From Adineta steineri (Eukaryota), in assembly GCA_905250115.1 (NCBI GenBank), contig CAJNOI010000116.1, positions 158,664 through 177,027 on the forward strand: 18,364 nt of DNA, written 5' to 3'. Below, piece by piece: positions 10,498 through 18,364 of the stretch. Positions within the stretch are counted from its first letter, which is position 1. The number at the start of each line of letters is the position of its first letter. The translations under genes were made by a program, and so were the position numbers. The notes beneath the pieces are model-generated. The model worked only from the letters and a program-made list of their open reading frames with translations. It did not search any database and was not told the DNA's origin.

Positions 10498-12267
10498 ATG
10501 TCATCGAAAGATTCATCATCTCAAATCAGTCCCATTCATCGTATTCATCCATTTTATTATATTCATGTATTAGATCAAAATACAAGTGTAACACGTTTAG
10601 AAATTGGTCCACAAAAATTTTTCAGACAAGATAATGAAACAATTCGTACTGGACCTGAGAAAATGATTACTATACCACCAGGACATTATTGTATTATTGA
10701 AAATCCGGTTGTAAAAAATGAAATGGGTCAAGTACAATTCGATGAAAATGGACAAGTTAAATTATTACATGGTAATTTAGATATTAGATTGAATAAAGAT
10801 TACAAAGATCCGTTTCCATTATATCCCGGAGAGGTTTTAAAACAAGTATAATAAATTTTTTTTCAATAAAATTGATTTTCTATTTTCATTAATTTAGCCT
10901 GTAACTTTATTAAAATATGTTGCAGCTAATTCAGCATTAAGACTAAAAGCTATTTTAGATTTTGATGAACAAAGAAAAACAGGAGATCAATGGTTATTCG
11001 AAGGACCAGGTAAATAATTGCATACTTAACTCAATACAATTGCATCGTATTCAATACCTTTGTTTACATAGGCACCTATATACCACGTAAAGAAGTATCA
11101 GTTGAAGAGCAAATCAATGCTACTATCATTGGTCCTAACCAAGCAATAAAATTAAGTGCCAAGAGAGAAATTACTGATCGTATGGGTCAACATCGTGTAG
11201 CCGGTGAAAATTGGTTAGTAAAAACACCGGGTGCTTATTTACCATTAGCTTATGAAACAGTTATAAATATTGAAAATGCACATGTATTGACAAATAAAAA
11301 TGCTTTACATTTACGTGCATTAAAAACATTTACAGATGATTTTGATCAAACACGAAATAATGGTGATGAATGGCTTGTAACAATAGAACAAACTGAAACA
11401 CATATTTTAAATGTTTATGAAGAACTTGTAACAATTATTGATATAACTGTACTTAATTCAAGACAATATTGTACTATTTTAGATCCAGTTTCAGGTAACG
11501 ATTCTCGATATATATATATGACAGAGAGATTAGTTTCTTTTTTAGCTGATGGTAAAAATCAATTAGGAAAGAAAAAATTAATTGTTGGTGAAAAAACATT
11601 TTTTCTTCAACCTTATGAACGATTAGAAAAAGGAATTCAAAATATAAATATTTTGGATGAAGATGAAGGTCTCATATTGAAATGTACAGAATCATTTGAA
11701 GACGAAATAGATAAAGTAATACGTATGGCAGGTAAGATTGAATAAATGTCTTTGTTTATAATATGAATATTTAAAGGTGATCGTTGGTTATTGAGAGGAC
11801 CAAGAGAATATGTACCACCTACTCAAGTTGAAATATTAATGAAAAGAAAGGCAATACCCTTAGGTTTGTTCATTGATATATTTTTGTTCTGGTATATCAT
11901 ATATTTTTTTTTGCTAGACGAGAATGAAGGTATCTATGTTCGTAATATTAAAAATGGTCGCGTTCGAACGGTTATTGGTCAAACTTATATATTAACAGAA
12001 AATGAAGAACTGTGGGAAAAAGAATTACCATCACGAATTGAACAATTACTACAAAAAGATTCGTTAGTTGAAAAACATATCAGAACAAAAGATATTGATA
12101 CTAAAACAGGAAAGCGTATTAAATGGAAATTAGTTACATATCATATTCCACAGAATGAAGCCGTTCAAGTGTATGATTATAAAGTCAAACAATCTAGAAT
12201 TATTTTTGGACCTGATTTAATTATGTTAGAACCTGATGAACATTTTACACATATTAATTCATCGGGG
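10498..12267 (+). CDS. MVP: Major vault protein (MVP), N-terminal repeat-domain region only (~519 aa). Exons 10498..10845, 10898..11009, 11072..11731, 11777..11863, 11918..~12267; 3' end unresolved.
   Basis: MVP-like stretches include:
- [48 protein letters not shown]
- [29 protein letters not shown]|[28 protein letters not shown]
- [30 protein letters not shown]|[55 protein letters not shown]

These are essentially collinear with vertebrate MVP R1-R9.

Introns are 52, 62, 45 and 54 nt, all GT-AG. The joins were found by frame restoration (for example cca g|GTAAAT ... catag|GC gives EGPGTYIP).

After ...HINSSG the reading frame continues into a non-MVP hydrophobic 47-aa tail to a stop at 12406-12408. 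The only nearby donor, G|GTCCAT, is non-consensus. Confidence 0.8.
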
Positions 12268-12445
12268 TCCATCGTTTACTCGCTATTTTTACTTGGATAT
12301 TTGTCTCTAGTATTTTTCTGTAAAAAATTTACGCACAACAAAAAGATTTTCTTTTCTTCTATCTTTTTATTAGTATTGTACTTTTGCTTTCGTCGTTATC
12401 TGCAATAAAATTTAGTCATTAATTAAGATGCGAATTTACGAAGAT

Positions 12446-12522
12446 GAGTGGGTGCAGATGTGGGTGGGTGCGGATATAAGTGGGTGCGAATGTGGATGGG
12501 TGCAGATATGGGTGGATCTGGC
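12446..12522 (+). repeat. G-rich minisatellite, about 5 degenerate GTGGGTGC(A/G)NAT units, in the spacer between the convergent MVP and M6PR-like 3' ends.
   Basis: The sequence is gaGTGGGTGCAGATGTGGGTGGGTGCGGATATAAGTGGGTGCGAATGTGGATGGGTGCAGATATGGGTGGATCTGG. It is followed by a C-rich gacacccacacgg. Confidence 0.7.
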
Positions 12523-12620
12523 TGTGAACGTTCCTTCTCTCAGTTGACACCCACACGGAAAATGAATTTATTTATTAAAAAAAGAAATATTGTATTCAAG
12601 AATTTTTTTAAATGAATGTA

Positions 12621-12626
12621 TTTATT
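12621..12626 (-). other. AATAAA polyadenylation signal (minus strand), about 60 nt downstream of the M6PR-like stop codon.
   Basis: The plus strand tttatt corresponds to minus-strand cgAATAAAtac. Confidence 0.4.
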
Positions 12627-12682
12627 CGAAATGAAGCAAATGTTAAAAAAATGTATGCGCTAAAGTATGATGAAGGTTCTAT

Positions 12683-13602
12683 CTATGGGATAGCATTGTA
12701 GTCACCTTTCTTGTTAGTTACTTTATGAAATACAAATAATATTCCTGCCGATGAATATCTTGGTAATGAAGTCCAGAAAGTACGATGCGGAAGAATTTCA
12801 ATACCAGTTGCTTGGAGCTTAAATTTATTATAACTCATGAAAGCAATCAAGTAGACAAATATAAGAACCAGCAATATAATAATAAATATTGTTCCTGCAC
12901 TTGGTCCATCGTTGGATTTTGGATGATGACCATCTAAATAGAATATTGTTAGATTATATAATAATATTGAAACTATCTGTAACCTTTACAGCCATCCCAA
13001 CATACACATTTAGATGATAATGTCATAGTGTATAGAGCTTTTAAAGCATCATATCCCTGTACTTCTAATTTGTCAGGCTCTTTTGATGTCAAACAACGTA
13101 GCTTAACTTCTGATGTTCTTTCTCCTGATGTGTAAACAAGAGTTGGTGTATCATCACCTGCAGTAGTCTTCCATTTTATACTATTTTGAGTTCCTAATGA
13201 ATAAGTTAGTTTTTCATCTGTAGCAAATGCTAAACGAAATTATAAAATAATTTATTTAAAAATACAATAATAATAGTTCTTACCTTGGCATACAGCAACA
13301 TCTTTACATTCACCTTGAGTAAATGAATGACATGGATTGTAAGAGTATACTACAAAATATGATATATTTGTTTTTTTTCATCATATAAATATATATTGAT
13401 CACAATTACCATGACCATCACTTGTACTAGGAGTTACGTCTTTCCACATAGGTGTACCATCAGTACGGCCAACACTAGTTAAATCAATTATACCTTTTGT
13501 ATTTAAGTTATAAATACAAGGGTCTTCCGCATTTAATATATTAAATTGATATAAAAACAGAAAAAATAAAAACACAACATTCTTTCGTGCAGTCATTCTC
13601 AT
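12683..13602 (-). CDS. M6PR: Cation-dependent mannose-6-phosphate receptor-like type-I membrane protein (MRH domain), ~253 aa. Exons 13410..13602, 13284..13349, 12984..13229, 12683..12933.
   Basis: The N-terminus has a signal peptide (MRMTARKNVVFLFFLFLYQFNILNA). An MRH-domain Cys framework follows (DPCIYNL..SDGH|VYSYNPCHSFTQGECKDVAVCQ|AFATDEKLTYSL..KLRCLTSKEP..LSSKCVCWDGCK).

There is a single TM helix (GTIFIIILLVLIFVYLIAF). The juxtamembrane tail YNKFKLQATGIEILPHRTFWTSL matches the CD-MPR [23 protein letters not shown] block. The C-terminus has a YxxPhi motif (DYNAI).

All introns are phase 1 and GT-AG: G|GTAATT..tttgtag, G|GTAAGA..cgtttag, G|GTTACA..ctatttag. Confidence 0.75.
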
Positions 13603-14045
13603 TTAATCGTTCTGTATGTAGAAGTAAATAGTCTTATCTGTTATATTTCTTTTTCATTACAGGAGTTCTTTATAGGTAGGACTTTAGAGTTGCATATCAA
13701 AATAAACTTGATATTTATCTTAAAAGTGATACTCTACTGTCTATTTAAAACAAAAAAGTGAATGACTATTTTTTGAATAACTTTTGATAGGAACAACGTA
13801 GAGATACCCACATCCCTGCATAAAAACAATAAAACTTCATTTTCATCAATTTTATTTTATTTATTAATAACACGACTAATTTATAAATCAAAGTTCTGAT
13901 ATAAAACAGTAAAATAGGAACTATTTTGATTAAAACTTTCATTCTTTTCTAATCTCTAACACAACAAATAAATTAAAAAACTTTTTTTGTCATGTAATCC
14001 AATAATTTTCGAATAAAAAAGTAAAAATAAGTCCAACAAACCAGA

Positions 14046-14342
14046 TTAGATGAAGAATAAAACGCTTAGAATATCGTCTAATAAATGATAATAGTTGTCG
14101 TTCTTCACTTCTAAATTGTTCTTTAGCTTTTCTATAAATATTTGCGTATAACTCATTGTGTTTATATTTACATTTATCACATCATCTGGTAAACCAATTA
14201 AAGGACATGAACTTCCTTTTAAACAATTTCGATTTTTATTTTGATATTCGCATCGATGCGATGATTTTAATAGAGTTTTAAATTGATTTTTGATATGTTC
14301 ATCAAGTCTTTGATTGTAATCATCTGGGAATATTATATTCAT
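14046..14342 (-). CDS. Hypothetical 98-aa protein (MNIIFPDDYNQRLDEHIKNQFKTLLKSSHRCEYQNKNRNCLKGSSCPLIG...).
   Basis: This is an uninterrupted 98-codon ORF in ~70% AT sequence, where stop codons are frequent. It starts with ATG and has three Cys residues in a C-x8-C-x5-C spacing.

No family was recognised and no flanking splice model was found. Confidence 0.35.
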   Translation of the reverse strand: MNIIFPDDYNQRLDEHIKNQFKTLLKSSHRCEYQNKNRNCLKGSSCPLIGLPDDVINVNINTMSYTQIFIEKLKNNLEVKNDNYYHLLDDILSVLFFI

Positions 14343-15243
14343 AGTTGTTTATTCCTTCTAAATGTAAGAAATGTTGTGTCTAAAACAAACCAAAATCTGT
14401 TTTTCTAACAGTGTTATAAAATATTTTTTTAAAGAATTGCCTTAAGCTTAACTTGTTATATTCTCTCGAACGATATATCTTATTTTAAAATAGATAAATC
14501 TACGCATATTAGATGAATTATTCTTTGAAATAATATTTTTACCTATATACTTCGATGTTGATCGTTAGGAAAAAGCTACGATTACAATATCATCAAAATA
14601 TTTATAACTGTTTTCACCTTATCATGTTAACAAACATGAAATTTAACTCATTTCAGAGACGAACAGAACACGTGTTACATGTATGAAGGCATTTTCATTT
14701 GATTCGTTGATGCATATGCATAATGTAACAACGATAGGACTGTAAAGTATCTACTTTTCTGCTTTTTATAAAAGACAGAAGACAACAGTCATTTGTAAAA
14801 GATAATTTATCGTTTTGAAAATGTATCAATAAGGGTGTGGGTGTTCGTGCTTATAATCGCTCAATCCACACCCATCCTCAATCACTGTTTGTTTGAAAAC
14901 AAGATTTTGAATCAGATTACAATCTGTGATTAAAAGTTCTATTTAAACTTATAGAGAGCTCCTATAACAAATTCAAAATCTAAAATAAAACTGTGTGTGA
15001 TATATTGAATTTATAAGTCAATGTATGGTACATTTCCGTGTTATGTTTATTGTAAGTAATGTGCTCGAATCATATTATATAATTTAATGTTCAGAATCTG
15101 TTCTTTAATTCGATGATATTTGAATATCAAAGAATAAATAAACATACAATACATTAATGACAAATGAACACTGAAAAAGTCAAATTTTGAAAGTGAAGAG
15201 TTTCATTTACACATTAATCTTTGTTAATTAATGCACCAATAAC

Positions 15244-16786
15244 TTATGGTTGATATAGTTCACAGCTGTTCAATACCATACTGTTTTGATTCTCACCACC
15301 ACATACGAGCACTTGTCCCGTATTGGTGAGTAGTGTCGAAGTATGATCAGCACGTTCTGTAGACATATTACTCACAGTTATAAATGTGTTTGTTGCTGGT
15401 CTATAGAGCTCACAGGACGATACGCGTACATAAGTATCTTCGCCGCCAACAATCAATACTTGTTCATCAAGGAGGAGAGTGGCCGTATGATATGCTCGGG
15501 CACTTAAAGTGCTGGCATTGAGAATGGTAAAAGTAAATGTAGATACGTTGAACAAATCGTAAGTTTTTAATGCGAGAGTCTGTGATAAACCACCAACGAA
15601 AAGTACAGCTTGTATTGATGGAATATAAGTTGCAGTGTGATGTGATCGACCAGTTGACAAACGAGCCGAGAGTGGTACGAACAAGTTTGAACTACTGTTG
15701 TACAGTTCTAGACTATCAAGTTCTACTGATGCATTGTTGATACCACCAGCTAAAAGCACATAGCCATTGTCTATAGCTGTTGCTGTATGATAACATCGTT
15801 CTGATATCATATTATTAGCGGCTGCAGCGAACATACGGGTCGTACTATCAAAGACATCTCCTGTCGCTAATGTACCAGTCGTATCTTGACCGCCGACAAG
15901 CAAAACCTTTGTCGTCGAGCTTCCACCATCATCAATGACAGCTGATGTATGTTCTGCGCGAGGTGCAGTCATATTAATCATCGTGTTTGATATTCCCGTT
16001 ACAGGATCGTATAGTTCAGCAGTCTGAAGAGCAGACCAACCACCAGCGATGACAACAACATAATTACTCAATCGATCAACTGTATGAAAACGTCGTATTT
16101 GAAATGTATCACCTTGACGAACAAATGAGCTGTTCGATTCAAGAAACTTTTCTGTCGATGATAGATCAGAGTTACCATTAGAGCCACCTACAAGTAGCAC
16201 AGAATTCGTAGCTAATATGAATGTACTCTTGTGAAAGTCACGAGCCGTCGTCATATTTCCAGTAAGATGCCAAGTACCCAATGATAGTACTAAAAAACAA
16301 AAGTATTACTTGTCGCAGTGTGATATTTTCTTCCGAATATTCATAAATGACATATGGATTAAACTCTATACTTTCTGTTTAAAAATTTTTAATGAAAATA
16401 TCCTCTAAAATAATTTGGCAACTAAAATTTTAGCTAATTCAGTGAGAAATGGTATCTTTTTATCTATGGTCGTTACCTCGATCGACGAAATTGATAATTT
16501 TCGCGTTGATTCTACGAGATACTGTTCCTCGAGAAGTATCTGTCGAAAAGAGACGACACATCTTTAGATCTTCGTAAAATGTAGCCATGTAACATAATTC
16601 ATTTGACATACATCCACTAGCACATCGAATTAACGACGTGCTTTTATTGACATCACGTAGAATATAACTGAGATTTGTTGGCAAAAACTCGATATCGGTT
16701 TTGATTTTTACGTGCTCGACATTGTTGATCATGATATCGCAGAGGGATGCAGAGATAATACAAGAGTAGAGAAAAAGAAAGATCAT
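15244..16786 (-). CDS. Secreted PAN/apple-domain plus Kelch-repeat (beta-propeller) protein, ~448 aa. Exons 16477..16786 and 15244..16289, with a 187-nt intron.
   Basis: Exon 1 encodes a signal peptide (MIFLFLYSCIISASLC) and a PAN/apple-like Cys pattern (RCASGCMSNELCYMATFYEDLKMCRLF). Its donor is CGAG|GTAACG, phase 1.

The acceptor ttttgttttttag|TA restores the frame (..NFVDR|VLSLGTWHLTG..). The M in the ORF track is actually a TTG inside the exon.

Exon 2 has about seven Kelch-type blades (R-x-x-H-[TS] ... GG ... ELY, e.g. ERCYHTATAIDNGYVLLAGG, ARAYHTATLLLDEQVLIVGG, ERADHTSTLLTNTGQVLVCGG). It also has many N-x-S/T sequons. Confidence 0.7.
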
Positions 16787-17946
16787 TGTTTGATTGGAAC
16801 AAGAACAACCAGCTTAAAACTTCTATTGTAAAAAGAAACGCAAATGTTTTACAAGTATTTGAAAAGAAAATAGAATATCTATTTCCGAAAAAAAAACTTT
16901 GATTATTTTCTATCTATTTTATGCACGGAACTTGCAGACTTGCATCATTCCTTTTATTGACAAAGCTACCGAGAAAAGTAATTCTCGTTCAATTTACACT
17001 TTGATCGAGCATTTTAATTGAAAAATAGATGTAGTGTCTGTTGTGTATATAGTTTGATGAGAAAAGATAATGAATTCACGGTAGTTATGATTGATTTTAA
17101 AACAACTTTTGCAAAATATTGATCTTCAATAGTTGTTCTTGATGGAATAAAAACCAATGTGCTAAGACGATTATAATAGAAGGGAATTAAATGTCTTATA
17201 CTGCTATACCAGGAATATTAAGTCATATTTTAACTTTGTTATAAATTAGTTTTTTTATCATATACTCCACCCACTCACGCCACTCTATATCCTACTTGAA
17301 TTATTTCACAAATTATTCTACACTTTTAGGAAGTAAAAATAAAAAAATTGCTCAAGTGCTCGAAGCATATTACTAATAATAATCATAAAATGCTAATATA
17401 TATTACGTTTTGTTAATATAAAAGTAAGACTGTACGCAATGGTAAATTATTCAATTATTCACTTTGTATTTTTGTATATATTTAATCATTGATAAAAGTA
17501 AAATACGATTCATTCGAACCGGTACTTTTTATAAAAATCATTTTTAAACTATGAGATTTACGAATTCATTTATTGTTCTAAGTAAGTTCTTGAATTATGA
17601 AATTAATAGAACTTTTGAAGATTGTAATTGCGCTTTATCGTCGCTTGAGCGTTATGGATCTGAATATGAATAAAACTATAGAACCTCTTTATGTTTACAA
17701 GAATCAATCGTACATATATAATATGGAAAGATAATTTTTGGTTAGTAAAAAATATATAAATCACTAGTAGAAATAAGTTCTATTTATATAAAGATTAATT
17801 TCATATAAGTAAAATAAATTTGAATAAAAAGAAATACAACAAATAAATGGAAAACAAATTGAGAAGAGAAGAAACATATATTGTATTTCATCAAACAAAA
17901 TATTTCTTGCCTTTGTCAAGGTATTTTTTTCAGTCTCAACTTTTAG

Positions 17947-18306
17947 TGCTTGTATGTTTCTGCACAAGGTCAATACATCTGTCCTGGTCCATCTATACCA
18001 GAAGGATATGTCATTACAAAATTGACTTCTGGTAATTGTGGTGCATTTTTGGTACAACAATACATTGAACCAGTGAAGGATGGCATAGAAATTTGTTTTG
18101 GATCTCCTCTTCCAAATGGATATGTCATTACACGATTAAATGCAAATGGATGTGGTGGTGTGGGAAGATATATCGAGAAACCACGAAATGGAATGGTGAT
18201 CTGTCGTGATTCTCCTATACCACATGGATATGTCGTTACTCGTGTTATTCCAAATGGTTGTGGTGGCGCTGGACAATATATTGAGCTTCTTATCGGTGGC
18301 CGATAA
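17947..18306 (+). CDS. Cys/Gly-rich tandem-repeat protein (three ~37-aa repeats). This is the 3' exon; the upstream exon or exons are not resolved.
   Basis: Repeat 1 is QYICPGPSIPEGYVITKLTSGNCGAFLVQQYIEPVKDG. Repeat 2 is IEICFGSPLPNGYVITRLNANGCGGVGRYIEKPRNG. Repeat 3 is MVICRDSPIPHGYVVTRVIPNGCGGAGQYIELLIGGR*.

The reading frame opens right after the acceptor tcaacttttag|TGC at 17946. The M in the track is a TTG. The gene is divergent from the Kelch gene, with a ~1.1 kb spacer. Confidence 0.45.
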   Translation, partial: CLYVSAQGQYICPGPSIPEGYVITKLTSGNCGAFLVQQYIEPVKDGIEICFGSPLPNGYVITRLNANGCGGVGRYIEKPRNGMVICRDSPIPHGYVVTRVIPNGCGGAGQYIELLIGGR

Positions 18307-18364
18307 AATCACTATCTTAATCAAATTAATCATGAATAATGTTTTTCTTTCTTTTCTTGATAAT

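Noticed and set aside
12420-12540. A plus-strand ORF, MRIYEDEWVQMWVGADISGCECGWVQIWVD..., downstream of MVP exon 5.
   Set aside because: It is simply the translation of the GTGGGTGC minisatellite and has no similarity to the MVP shoulder or cap domains.
14708-14726. A perfect 12-bp palindrome ATGCATATGCAT, and an 8-bp inverted repeat GGGTGTGG...CCACACCC (14833..14873).
   Set aside because: They are short enough to occur by chance in AT-rich DNA. They are mentioned only as part of the recurring CACCC/GGGTG motif theme, with no independent support for function.
17764-18333. Minus-strand ORFs 17764..18060 and 18136..18333, and plus-strand ORF 17847..18035.
   Set aside because: They are antisense to, or overlap, the Cys/Gly repeat-protein exon and are low-complexity, so they are most likely artefacts. 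The plus-strand 17847 ORF lacks a signal-peptide character and its candidate donor (caag|GTATTT) sits only 28 nt from the acceptor.
1-18364. A prokaryotic interpretation (operons, RBS, CRISPR, defence islands), or tRNA/rRNA genes.
   Set aside because: Genes are interrupted by GT-AG introns, encode eukaryote-specific proteins and have TATA/AATAAA signals. No direct-repeat/spacer arrays were seen, and no GTTCGA-type T-arm or cloverleaf candidates.

Overview
This is an AT-rich (roughly 70% A+T) eukaryotic window, almost certainly from an animal genome. The evidence is canonical GT-AG spliceosomal introns of 45-225 nt, TATA boxes, AATAAA signals, and genes for a class-A GPCR, major vault protein (MVP) and a cation-dependent mannose-6-phosphate receptor. 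There are no prokaryotic features: no operons, SD sites, CRISPR or tRNA/rRNA genes.

The first ~9.7 kb is a head-to-tail tandem array of three paralogous rhodopsin-like orphan GPCR genes on the minus strand. Each sits in a 3.1-3.5 kb repeat unit that includes highly conserved introns and intergenic blocks. Each apparently frame-shifted ORF pair in the supplied track is one three-exon gene; the third exon is missed by the ORF track. That third exon is a C-terminal exon encoding the end of TM7 and helix 8.

The downstream accessory region contains:
- the 5' part of an MVP gene (plus strand, five exons). Homology stops after repeat domain R9 with no shoulder, cap-helix or cap-ring exons visible.
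- a convergent four-exon CD-MPR-like gene on the minus strand.
- a G-rich GTGGGTGC minisatellite between the two.
- a 98-aa orphan ORF.
- a two-exon gene for a secreted PAN/apple + Kelch-propeller protein.
- a gene fragment for a three-fold, ~37-aa Cys/Gly-rich repeat protein.

Coordinates are 1-based. All intron/exon models were reconstructed by hand from frame continuity, paralogue comparison and splice-site consensus.
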